Positions 33,664 through 42,411 of a stretch of DNA of 43,747 bases are shown here, piece by piece. Source of the stretch: Nitriliruptoraceae bacterium (GTDB lineage Bacteria > Actinomycetota > Nitriliruptoria > Nitriliruptorales > Nitriliruptoraceae); NCBI GenBank assembly GCA_041627475.1, contig JBFKQZ010000001.1:1-43747 (forward strand). Direction: 5' to 3'. The notes beneath the pieces are model-generated. The model was not told where the DNA came from. It did no database searches and saw nothing but the letters and a program-made list of their open reading frames with translations. The stretch's first letter is position 1. Each line of letters begins with the position of its first letter. A program made the position numbers and the translations under genes.

Positions 33664-35457
33664 TTGGCTGCGGCTGCGCTGCTCGCCACGCTTCTCTTGG
33701 ATCGACGGATCGGGGGGACGGTGGCGCAGGGCGACGACGAGCTCGTCGCTGCAGCCATCGGGCCGACGTTGCAGCGGCTCGTGCGGATCGTCGCCCTGGC
33801 ACTGGCCGTGGGGGCGGTCACCGTGGCCGGACTCGCGGACGTCCTCGGCGTCCGCGACGGGGTGCCCAGCGTCGCCCGGTGGCTCGGTAGCGCCGGGCTC
33901 GCGGTGCTGGGCGCGCGTGCCGCGGCGATCCCGCTCGACGATCCGGCGACGGCCGTCCGCAACATGCGGACCGTCGCGTACTACCCGCTCCTGCTGGCAC
34001 TGCTCGGAGGGGGCTTCCACGTCAGCTTCGGCGCGACCCCGATCGTCAGCATGTTCCTGCTCTTCGTCGCCGTCTTCGCTGCCCTGTGGGTCCAGCAGCG
34101 CTGGCTCCTCGGCGTGATCGTCACGGTCGCGCTGGGCGTCCAGGTCATCGGCACCCTGCGGAGCCCTGCTCCCGACTGGTTCACCACCGCGGGCTTCCTG
34201 GTCGTCGCCTCGCTCGCGATCGTCGTCTCGCGAGCAGCTGGTGTCGGCTACCGCGCCGCTGTCGCCGAGCAGGTCGTCGAACGGCAGGAGGCACGTCGAC
34301 GGTCGAGCCGTCTCGGCATCGTCGCGGACGCGGCGCGGGACCTCCACGTGCTCGACCCCGACGTGCTGCTGGCCTCGATCGCCGACGTCGCGGGGCGGCT
34401 CGGGTGGCGTGAGGTCGGGATCTGGACGGCCCCGGGCGGGGCCGCAGGGGCGGGGGACGGACACGCCACGCCGCGGCCGGCGGCCGCGCTGCTCGAGGCC
34501 GTGGGTGACCGCGGTGGGACCACGACCGCGTCGGCGGAGACCGCTGCCCTGGCCACCTGGAGCGACGGGGTCGTGCGCGACACGGTCGGTGCGCCCCTGG
34601 TCGTGCACGGTGTGCTGCGCGGTGCCCTCGTCGTCGGGCGCCACGGTGCAGGCGTGGACGAGCACGAGGTCCGGCTCGTCGAGCTCCTGGCCGACCACGC
34701 GGCTCGCGCGCTTGAGCTGATGCAGGACCACGCGGCCACGCGCGTCTCGATCGACGGGACCGCGGCGCAGGCCGACTACCTCGGCACGGTGGCCCACGAG
34801 CTCCGCACCCCGCTCCAGTCGGTCCTCGGCTACGCCGAGACCGTCGAGCGGCGCTGGGACGCACTGAGCGAGGACGATCGTCGACAGATGATCACGCGTC
34901 TCTCGCGCAACGCCCAGGGGCTGCGACACGTGGTCGAGGCGATGCTGGACAACGCGCGGCTCGAGGCCGGGGCCGTCGAGCCACACCGTCGGCAGTTCAC
35001 GCTGGTGCCCGTGGTGCGGGAGGTCGTGGAGCGCCTCGCCGGGATGGCCACCGAGCACCAGGTCGTGGTCGAGGCGGCGGGCGCGCCCGACGGCGGCAGC
35101 TGCTGGGGCGACCCCCTCCTCCTCGAGCGTGTCGTCGAGAACCTCCTGAGCAACGCCATCCGGCACACGCCCGGACGCACGCGCGTCGAGGTCGTCATCG
35201 AGGTCCGGGGGGACGACCTCGCGGTCGTGGTCAGGGACGACGGCCCGGGGATCGCCCGTGCCGACGTCGACCGGCTCGGACGGCGGTTCTACCGGGCCGG
35301 GAGCGAGGGCGTGGTCCAGGGGGTCGGGCTCGGGCTGTCGTTCGTCGTCGAGGTGCTGCGACTGCACGGGGCCTCGCTCGACGTGCGGTCCACGCCGGGG
35401 GATGGCGCGGCCTTCAGCTTCTCGCTCGCGCGGTCGCCGGCGGCCGTCGACGCCTGA
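33664..35457 (+). CDS. membrane sensor histidine kinase with GAF-like domain; no adjacent response regulator
   Basis: About 5-6 N-terminal TM segments. GAF-like segment (DLHVLDPDVLL...GALVVGRHG). H-box AHELRTPLQSVLGYAE. N-box LLSNAIRHT. G-boxes DDGPGI and GVGLGLS. Start (TTG 33664) uncertain. Confidence 0.88.
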   Translation: MAAAALLATLLLDRRIGGTVAQGDDELVAAAIGPTLQRLVRIVALALAVGAVTVAGLADVLGVRDGVPSVARWLGSAGLAVLGARAAAIPLDDPATAVRNMRTVAYYPLLLALLGGGFHVSFGATPIVSMFLLFVAVFAALWVQQRWLLGVIVTVALGVQVIGTLRSPAPDWFTTAGFLVVASLAIVVSRAAGVGYRAAVAEQVVERQEARRRSSRLGIVADAARDLHVLDPDVLLASIADVAGRLGWREVGIWTAPGGAAGAGDGHATPRPAAALLEAVGDRGGTTTASAETAALATWSDGVVRDTVGAPLVVHGVLRGALVVGRHGAGVDEHEVRLVELLADHAARALELMQDHAATRVSIDGTAAQADYLGTVAHELRTPLQSVLGYAETVERRWDALSEDDRRQMITRLSRNAQGLRHVVEAMLDNARLEAGAVEPHRRQFTLVPVVREVVERLAGMATEHQVVVEAAGAPDGGSCWGDPLLLERVVENLLSNAIRHTPGRTRVEVVIEVRGDDLAVVVRDDGPGIARADVDRLGRRFYRAGSEGVVQGVGLGLSFVVEVLRLHGASLDVRSTPGDGAAFSFSLARSPAAVDA

Positions 35458-35463
35458 GGCGGG

Positions 35464-35628
35464 TCAGCGACCGAGGAAGCGGGCGAGCACGCCGCGAGTG
35501 TCGCGCTCGTCGGCGCTGCAGCGGCACCGCTGGTCGTTCGGCACGCGGCGCATCACCTGGTCGACGTGGCTGCCGCAGCCGGTCCAGGTCGTCTTCTTGC
35601 ACGTGTTGCATCGGGTCGGGCTGCACAT
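35464..35628 (-). CDS. conserved-looking small Cys-rich protein (54 aa, six Cys)
   Basis: MCSPTRCNTCKKTTWTGCGSHVDQVMRRVPNDQRCRCSADERDTRGVLARFLGR. The pattern C-x4-C-x2-C-x7-C...C-x-C recalls a small actinobacterial family of unknown function. ATG 35628. The tracked ORF extends spuriously to 35862. Confidence 0.65.
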   Translation of the reverse strand: MCSPTRCNTCKKTTWTGCGSHVDQVMRRVPNDQRCRCSADERDTRGVLARFLGR

Positions 35629-35670
35629 GGGAGGGAGGCTCCGGTTCGTGGGGTGACTGAGGTGCACCAC

Positions 35671-35690
35671 GTAAATGTACGGACATTTGC
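35671..35690 (-). promoter_or_regulatory. second copy of the AT-rich palindrome (minus-strand reading GCAAATGTCCGTACATTTAC) with TACATT -10-like hexamer
   Basis: Shares TGTCCGTACA and 14/16 core positions with 6651-6670. Lies 43-62 nt upstream of ATG 35628 (minus strand) and 129 nt upstream of GTG 35819 (plus strand). Confidence 0.5.
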
Positions 35691-35818
35691 ACGCGGAGTG
35701 CAACCGGCCGCCGCGCGACCCTGGCCGAACGGGAGGTGGGACGTGTCCTGACGTCGAATGCCTCGTTGGGGCCGGTGGATCCGCTGGGTCCCGTCCCGCC
35801 GCGTCCTCGGAGCCTCCC

Positions 35819-38638
35819 GTGCAGCTCAGCAACCGCGCCCGCGCGCTCGTCGCCGCCCTCACCGCCGCCGGCCTCGCCGCCGTGCCGCTCGCGGCCTACG
35901 GCGGGACCGACCCGGCCACGGCGCCGCCGTCACCGCCCCCTGCGAAGGCACTGACGACCGTCCCCGCGCTCGCGGACCCCGACGTCGGACGACGTGCCGT
36001 TCCGGAGGACGAGTACGCCATGGCGCTCGGCTGCTACGAGCTGACCAACGTGGCGGCGGGTGCAGGGCTCGCGCGCGCCGGCGACGGCTACGCGACGGGT
36101 GCCCCGACGGCGGTCCACTTCGAGCCGACGCGGCTCGGCCACTACCTGCTGCTCGACGCGGAGGGTGACCTCGTGGCAGCCGCCGGCGGACCCGCGGAGC
36201 GGCTCGACGCGGCGGTCGAGGAGGCCGAGTTCCACGCTCCAGTGGGCCGGGACACCGATCTGCCCCGTTCCGTCGACGACGACCTGCCGGCGCCGCTCGG
36301 GCACGACGACATCGCGGGCAACACACCCGTGGTCGACACGCACACCGGAGCGGTCGTCGCCGGCGAGGCTGGGCCCTCCGCCGACTGGCGGGCCCGGATG
36401 AACAACGACGGCACGCTGACGTTCACGCTGCCGGCGGCGTCCGGCCGGGCGCTCGCCGTCGTCGACGGCGTGGCGGTCCTCGCGGACGCCGGGACCGCCG
36501 GCGACACCGCGCGCTTCACGCTGCGCAGCACCGACGAGGCGGCGTGCGCCGCGTGGCCCGAGATCGAGCTGAACGTCGAAGGGCCGGTCCTCGCTGGCGC
36601 GACCGAGTGGGACGAGACCCGCGGCACGATCGACGCCCACCTCCACCTGATGGCCTACGAGTTCCTGGGTGGCGAGCTGCGCTGCGGCCGTCCGTGGCAC
36701 CCGTACGGCGTCACCGAGGCGATGGGCGACTGCTCGCAGAACTCCCTGACCGGTGAGCGTCTCGCCGAGGCGGCCGTGGGTCGCGGCCCGGGCGACGGCA
36801 CCGACGCCATGTGGCCCGAGTTCACCGTGCCGACCAACCGCACGCTGACCTACGAGCAGGTCTACCACCGCTGGCTCGAGCGGGCCTGGCGCGGTGGCCT
36901 GCGCATGATGACCGTGCTGCTGGTCGACAACAACGTCCTGTGCGAGGTCTACCCCTACAAGCGCAACAGCTGCAACGAGATGGACGCCGTCCGGCTCCAG
37001 GCCCAGCGTCTGCACGAGTTCGTCGACTACCTCGACGCTCGCGCCGGCGGCCCCGGGGAGGGGTTCGCGCAGATCGCCACCGATCCGTTCGAGGCCCGGC
37101 GCATCGTCAACGAGGGCCGGCTGGCGTTCGTGATGGGCATCGAGGTGTCCGTGCTGTTCGACTGCGGCGAGTACCTCGGCGTCTCGCGCTGCACGAACCA
37201 GGACATCGTCCGCCAGCTCGACGAGGTCCAGGACCTGGGCGTCGTCCAGATGGAGCTGGTCAACAAGTTCGACAACGCCCTGTCGGGCGTGACCGGCGAC
37301 GGTGGCCAGACCGGCCTCGTGGTCAACAACGGCAACAAGTCCGAGACCGGCCACTACTGGAACATGGAGACGTGCCCGGCGGCCGAGGACCGTGCCTTCG
37401 GCACGGACAAGCGCCAGATCTCACTGGCCGACGAGGCCGACGGCACGCCGTTCGAGGACCCGGCCCGCGACGAGCTCGCCGGCACGATCCTCGCACAGGC
37501 CGGCTACGCGGTGGGCGCGCCGGCCTACCCCGTCGGGCCGCACTGCAACGCCGCCGGCCTCACCGACCAGGGTGCGTTCCTCCTGCAGGAGATGGCCGCG
37601 CGCGGGATGCTCTTCGACCCGGACCACATGTCGGCCCGCGCCGCCATCCAGGCGCTCGACGTCCTCGAGGAGCTCGACTACACCGGCATCGTCTCGAGCC
37701 ACTCGTGGTCGCAGGACGAGGTGTACGAGCGGATCTACTCCCTCGGTGGGACCATCACGCCCTACGCCGGCGGCTCGTCCGGCTTCGTCAACGCCTGGCG
37801 CCAACGACTCGGCTGGGTGGACGACCGCTACTACTTCGGCTTCGGCTACGGGGCCGACACCAACGGCCTGGGCGGGCAGGGCGGACCCCGCAACCCGGCC
37901 GAGGGCGAGCCGCGGGTCGAGTACCCCTTCACCGTCCCGGGCGGCGCCGTCGTCCACCAGCAGGTGTCGGGTGACCGTGCCCCCTACGACATCAACACCG
38001 ACGGCGTGGCCCACTACGGCCTCTACCCCGACTGGGTCGAGGACCTCCGCGTCCAGGCGGGCGACGAGATCATCGAGGACATGCTCCGCGGCCCGGAGGC
38101 CTATCTCCAGGTCTGGGAGCGCGCCGTCGGCGTCACCCGCGACGCCTGTCACTTCGACGACGGTGCCCCCGCCGTGGCCGACGCCGTCGAGCCCGGCATG
38201 ACCTTCGAGCACGTGCTCCTCGCCGCAGGGCAGCCCCACCTGCGCGGGCCGGAGGGCTACACCTACTGCGGCACGCTGCCCAACGGTCGGGCGAGCCACG
38301 TGACCGTCGCGTTCGACGCCGGCGGCCGGGTGCGGACCGTCGACGAGGCCCCGGCCGAGGCGCCGCTGCCGATGCTCAACGACGACCGGGCGGCGACCTC
38401 GGCGCTGGCGCTGGACGCGGCACGGACCGACATCGTCCACGAGCACGAGGACGGCACGGACCACGACCACAGCGCTGCTCCCGGCGAGCGCGCGCCGGAG
38501 GTCGAGCAGTACGACCTCACGGCCGCCGGCACCGTCGCGGCCGTCGACGAGGGCTCCGGCCACGCCGCACTCGTGGCGCTGGCGACCCTGCTGGCCGCCC
38601 TCGGGATCGTGCACCGCGCCGGCCGCCGCACGACCTGA
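35819..38638 (+). CDS. large secreted, C-terminally membrane-anchored protein with amidohydrolase/M19-dipeptidase-like TIM-barrel core
   Basis: 939 aa from GTG 35819. Signal peptide RARALVAALTAAGLAAVPLAA. Motifs IDAHLHLM (HxH), FVMGIEVS, FDPDHMS, IVSSHSW and GYGADTNGL. His/Asp-rich linker, then a terminal TM HAALVALATLLAALGIV followed by HRAGRR. That it is a CDS is high confidence. The function is low confidence. Confidence 0.7.
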   Translation: MQLSNRARALVAALTAAGLAAVPLAAYGGTDPATAPPSPPPAKALTTVPALADPDVGRRAVPEDEYAMALGCYELTNVAAGAGLARAGDGYATGAPTAVHFEPTRLGHYLLLDAEGDLVAAAGGPAERLDAAVEEAEFHAPVGRDTDLPRSVDDDLPAPLGHDDIAGNTPVVDTHTGAVVAGEAGPSADWRARMNNDGTLTFTLPAASGRALAVVDGVAVLADAGTAGDTARFTLRSTDEAACAAWPEIELNVEGPVLAGATEWDETRGTIDAHLHLMAYEFLGGELRCGRPWHPYGVTEAMGDCSQNSLTGERLAEAAVGRGPGDGTDAMWPEFTVPTNRTLTYEQVYHRWLERAWRGGLRMMTVLLVDNNVLCEVYPYKRNSCNEMDAVRLQAQRLHEFVDYLDARAGGPGEGFAQIATDPFEARRIVNEGRLAFVMGIEVSVLFDCGEYLGVSRCTNQDIVRQLDEVQDLGVVQMELVNKFDNALSGVTGDGGQTGLVVNNGNKSETGHYWNMETCPAAEDRAFGTDKRQISLADEADGTPFEDPARDELAGTILAQAGYAVGAPAYPVGPHCNAAGLTDQGAFLLQEMAARGMLFDPDHMSARAAIQALDVLEELDYTGIVSSHSWSQDEVYERIYSLGGTITPYAGGSSGFVNAWRQRLGWVDDRYYFGFGYGADTNGLGGQGGPRNPAEGEPRVEYPFTVPGGAVVHQQVSGDRAPYDINTDGVAHYGLYPDWVEDLRVQAGDEIIEDMLRGPEAYLQVWERAVGVTRDACHFDDGAPAVADAVEPGMTFEHVLLAAGQPHLRGPEGYTYCGTLPNGRASHVTVAFDAGGRVRTVDEAPAEAPLPMLNDDRAATSALALDAARTDIVHEHEDGTDHDHSAAPGERAPEVEQYDLTAAGTVAAVDEGSGHAALVALATLLAALGIVHRAGRRTT

Positions 38639-38668
38639 CCGTCCGAGCGGCGTCGCCCGACGCCGTAC

Positions 38669-38706
38669 CGTCCGACGTCCCGGCAGCACCGCTGGGACGT
38701 CGGACG
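38669..38706. terminator. 13-bp perfect stem hairpin between the large hydrolase gene and the next gene
   Basis: CGTCCGACGTCCC (38669-38681) pairs with GGGACGTCGGACG (38694-38706), with a 12-nt loop. Preceded by a smaller CGGCGTC/GACGCCG dyad. Confidence 0.45.
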
Positions 38707-38708
38707 TC

Positions 38709-39764
38709 GTGAGGAGACGGCTCGTGTCGGAGCGCAGGCAGCTCGCCCTGCTGCTGGCGGGGCTCGTGGCCCTGACCGTGGTCGGCGTCGTCGGCGCGAG
38801 CCTGTTCCCGCAGGAGTGCGAGGACCTCGAGCAGGTCGGCGAGCTGGACCTCGTGTTCGCCGACGCGGACGCCGCGCTCCCCGTCGACGCCGCCACCGGC
38901 GCGGCGCTGCAGGAGCTCGGGACGGCGGCCGGGTTCGGGCCGTGGCGTGGCGCGGTCGCGCTGCCCGACGACGCGTTCGTCAGCCGGAGCGAGTTCGGCT
39001 TCTTCGTCGCCTCCGAGGACGCCTTCACCGTGCTGCGGCCGTCGCTCGGCATCGCCTCGGTCGCTCGCGGCCGGGTCGGCCTGGACGTCATCCCTGCCGG
39101 CACGAGCCTCGCGCTGCGGGCCGCCGACGGCGAGACGGCCGTGTTCAACGGCGAGTACGAGCTGGACCGCTGTGGCTCGCTGCCGGCCGACGCGGACGTG
39201 CTCGCGCTCGACCGCGGCTTCGCCGTCGTCGCCGACGGACCCGAGGCCGTGCTGCTGACGCTGTCCGGGGACGAGGTCTGGCGCGCACCGGGCGCGGAGG
39301 TCGTGCACATCCTCGACGGCTACGTGGTGTTCGGGGACGGCACGACGATCCTGCTCCGCGACATCCGGGAGTCGCTGGTCCTCGCCGAGGTCGACGGCCT
39401 CGAGGTGACCGACGGCGAGCCCTGGCTGGACGCCTTCGGTGACCTGCTGCTGCTGCCGACCACGGCGGGCGTCCGACCCGTCAGCGCAGGGCGCGAACTC
39501 GCGAGCCCGCCGGTCGTGGCACTGCCGTTCGCTGCGCCGCCGCTCGACGCCGTCACCACACCGGGCGGTGTCGTGGGACTCGGCGTGACCGAGGAGGGGG
39601 CCGCGGCGGTGGCGACCACCGAGACCGCGTCGGCCGACCTGCCGGACGGCGTCGACCCGATCGCACTGCACGCCAGCGAGGACGGACACGTCGGGCTCGT
39701 CGTCGAGGTCGACGGCAGGCGTGCCCTGCTCGTCTACGGACCGCATCGCGCCACCGACGGCTGA
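38709..39764 (+). CDS. hypothetical membrane-anchored extracytoplasmic protein
   Basis: N-terminal TM LALLLAGLVALTVVGVVGASL, then an Ala/Asp/Gly/Val-rich beta-type sequence. GTG 38724 (7 nt after GAGGAG) is a likelier start than GTG 38709, which abuts the hairpin. Confidence 0.7.
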   Translation: MRRRLVSERRQLALLLAGLVALTVVGVVGASLFPQECEDLEQVGELDLVFADADAALPVDAATGAALQELGTAAGFGPWRGAVALPDDAFVSRSEFGFFVASEDAFTVLRPSLGIASVARGRVGLDVIPAGTSLALRAADGETAVFNGEYELDRCGSLPADADVLALDRGFAVVADGPEAVLLTLSGDEVWRAPGAEVVHILDGYVVFGDGTTILLRDIRESLVLAEVDGLEVTDGEPWLDAFGDLLLLPTTAGVRPVSAGRELASPPVVALPFAAPPLDAVTTPGGVVGLGVTEEGAAAVATTETASADLPDGVDPIALHASEDGHVGLVVEVDGRRALLVYGPHRATDG

Positions 39765-39821
39765 CGCGGCAGCGCCCGCTGTGGCAAGGTTGCAGGCGTG
39801 CCGACAGCGGGAGCCGGTCCG

Positions 39822-41096
39822 ATGCCAGTCGACGTGCGTTCACTCAAGCTCAGCGACGATCTCACGCCGTTCGAGGCCGTGGGCTACTTCTTCGCCAGGG
39901 CAGCGGCCATCGACCACCTGAGCGATGCCGCGGTCGCCGTGCTCTCGACGACCTACCGCGAGCTGCGGGTGCAGGTGCCGGTGCGCCGCGACGACGGCTC
40001 GCTGAGCGTGTTCACCGGCTACCGCGTCCAGCACAACGGCGCGCGTGGCCCGTACAAGGGCGGGATCCGGTTCCACCCGAGCGCGAACCTCGACGAGGTC
40101 CGCGCACTCGCGTCGCTGATGACGTGGAAGACGGCCCTCATCGACGTGCCGTTCGGTGGTGCCAAGGGCGGCATCGAGGTCGACCCCCGGCAGCTGTCCC
40201 AGGCCGAGATGGAGCGGATGAGCCGGACGTACTTCGGCCAGATCAGCCACATCATCGGCGCCGAGCGCGACATCCCGGCCCCGGACATGGGCACCAACGC
40301 CCAGGTCATGAGCTGGTTCATGGACGAGTACGGACGACGCAAGGGTCACACCACCGAGATCGTGACCGGCAAGCCACTGGCGCTCGGCGGGTCGCTCGGG
40401 CGCGAGGCAGCGACCGGGCGCGGCTGCGTCATCGCGATGAACGAGGCGCTGCAGGACCGCGGCCTGCCGATCGAGTCGACGCTCGCCATCCAGGGCTTCG
40501 GCAACGTCGGGTCCTGGGCCGCGGAGCTCGCCCACGAACAGGGCACGAAGGTCGTCGCCGTCAGCGACGTGGACGGTGCGATCCACGACCCGCAGGGCCT
40601 CGACGTGCCGGCGCTGTTCGCCCACGTCGAGCACCACGGCACGGTCGCGGGCTTCCCGGGTGCCGAACCGATCCCGGGCGACGCGCTGCTGACGCTGGAC
40701 GTCGACGTGCTGATGCCCGCTGCACTCGGCGAGGTGATCACCTCGGCAAACGTCGACGAGGTGAAGGCGAGCGTGGTCATCGAGGCGGCGAACAACCCGG
40801 TGACGCCGATGGCGGATGCTGCGCTCGCCGACCGCGGCGTCCTGGTCGTACCAGACATCCTCGCCAACGCCGGCGGTGTGACCGTGTCCTACTTCGAGTG
40901 GGTCCAGAACCACCAGAACATCGCCTGGGAGGAGGACGAGGTGAACCGGCGGCTCGAGAAGAAGATGGTCGCCGCCTACGGCCGCTGCCGTGACTTCATG
41001 GCCGCCAACGGGAGATGTGAGTCCATGCGCGACGCCGCGTTCGCCCTCGCTGTCGAGCGCGTCGTCGAGGCCGCGAGTCTGCGCGGCTACCTCTAG
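39822..41096 (+). CDS. gdh: Glu/Leu/Phe/Val-family glutamate dehydrogenase
   Basis: Motifs GYRVQHNGARGPYKGGIRFHP, KTALIDVPFGGAKGG, GFGNVG and EAANNP. ATG 39822 lies 8 nt after GGAG (GTG 39798 is an alternative). Confidence 0.93.
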   Translation: MPVDVRSLKLSDDLTPFEAVGYFFARAAAIDHLSDAAVAVLSTTYRELRVQVPVRRDDGSLSVFTGYRVQHNGARGPYKGGIRFHPSANLDEVRALASLMTWKTALIDVPFGGAKGGIEVDPRQLSQAEMERMSRTYFGQISHIIGAERDIPAPDMGTNAQVMSWFMDEYGRRKGHTTEIVTGKPLALGGSLGREAATGRGCVIAMNEALQDRGLPIESTLAIQGFGNVGSWAAELAHEQGTKVVAVSDVDGAIHDPQGLDVPALFAHVEHHGTVAGFPGAEPIPGDALLTLDVDVLMPAALGEVITSANVDEVKASVVIEAANNPVTPMADAALADRGVLVVPDILANAGGVTVSYFEWVQNHQNIAWEEDEVNRRLEKKMVAAYGRCRDFMAANGRCESMRDAAFALAVERVVEAASLRGYL

Positions 41097-41227
41097 GCGG
41101 ACCGCGCCGCTCATCGCGGTATGCGCACGCCCGCCTGTGCTTGGCGCACGTGCTGTCGGTTGCAGGAGGATCTGGGCTCCCGACGGCGAAGGCACGGAGA
41201 TGCATGTCATCGGGGGAAGGGTCCGAC

Positions 41228-42388
41228 ATGCGTCCCAGGGGGTCCGTCCGTCCGTCCGTGCACGCCGGCGCCGTCGGTGCGCTGCTCGCCGCCTCGCTCG
41301 CGTTCGCTCCACAGGTGGCGAGCTCCAAGACCCCGACGCTGACGTCACTCGCAACGGTGCCGGAACTGAACGGCGCCACCAGCGTCGTGGTCGACGGTGA
41401 CCACGCGTACGTCTCGTACCGTGGTGGGTTGGCCGTCGTCGACATCAGTGACCCCGCAGCACCGGAGGTCGTTGACCGGGAACCCGCGGTGGAGGCCGTC
41501 ATCCCGGAGGAGTCGATCGACCTCGGTCCTGACCTGCTCATCGCGGGGGTCGACGGAGGCTGCGGGGACCTCGACAACTGCGCCCTGCTGGTGTTCGACC
41601 GCAGCGACCCCGCCAGCCTCGAGCTGCTGAGCTCGATCGACCTCGTGCACCACAACTCGGCCTGTGTCGCGTCGTGCCGGTACGTCTACACCGACGACGG
41701 TGACATCGTCGACCTCACCGACCCGGCTGCGCCGGTGGTGACCCATTCCGAGGTGCTCGCTGACCAGTTCGCGCACTCCCTGGCTGAGATGGCCCCGGGT
41801 CTGCTCCTCACCCTGTCGACCTGGTACGGACTGGCGTACCTCGACGTCACGGACCCGCTGGCGCCCGTGCTGCTCCACGCCGGGGAGGTCGAGACGCCTG
41901 TCCCCACGATCTCGTTGAAGGGCAACGCCAGCGACCAGATCTGGGTCGGCGGTCCGCAGGGACGCTTCTACGTGACGTCGTCCAACCTCGGTGCGTTGCC
42001 GGGCCGTTGTCCCGACGGCGCCGAGGTCTACGTTGTCGAGGACCCGGGTCTTGCAGCCTGGCTCGCGGCTCCGCTGTCGGAGCGGGGGGAGATCACCTTC
42101 GGCCCCATGGTCCGGTCCGCGCACGCATGGGGCGGAGCGACGACGCCGCGCACCTACATCGACTGCACCACGGACGCGGCCGTTCACCCGGTCGCGGACG
42201 GGCAGGCCGCCATGGTCAACGTCGAGGGTGGCATCGAGGTCGTCACCGTCGACGGCGCAGGTGTGCCGACCGTCACGGCCGCCTCAAGTGGCCCTCGCCA
42301 ACCCGTCGGGGTGGCATGGGTCGACGAGACGCTGGTGGTGTCGGCCGACGCCGTCCACGGTCTCGAACTGCTGCGCGTCGGGGAGTGA
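41228..42388 (+). CDS. secreted LVIVD-repeat beta-propeller protein (paralog-like to 22348..23898)
   Basis: ATG 41228 follows GGGGGAAGGG. Signal peptide ...GALLAASLAFAPQVA. Repeats GLAVVDISDPAAPEVV, LLVFDRSDPASLELL, GDIVDLTDPAAPVV, LAYLDVTDPLAPVLL. Confidence 0.8.
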   Translation: MRPRGSVRPSVHAGAVGALLAASLAFAPQVASSKTPTLTSLATVPELNGATSVVVDGDHAYVSYRGGLAVVDISDPAAPEVVDREPAVEAVIPEESIDLGPDLLIAGVDGGCGDLDNCALLVFDRSDPASLELLSSIDLVHHNSACVASCRYVYTDDGDIVDLTDPAAPVVTHSEVLADQFAHSLAEMAPGLLLTLSTWYGLAYLDVTDPLAPVLLHAGEVETPVPTISLKGNASDQIWVGGPQGRFYVTSSNLGALPGRCPDGAEVYVVEDPGLAAWLAAPLSERGEITFGPMVRSAHAWGGATTPRTYIDCTTDAAVHPVADGQAAMVNVEGGIEVVTVDGAGVPTVTAASSGPRQPVGVAWVDETLVVSADAVHGLELLRVGE

Positions 42389-42411
42389 CGCGTCAGGACA
42401 CGCCCGTCGCG

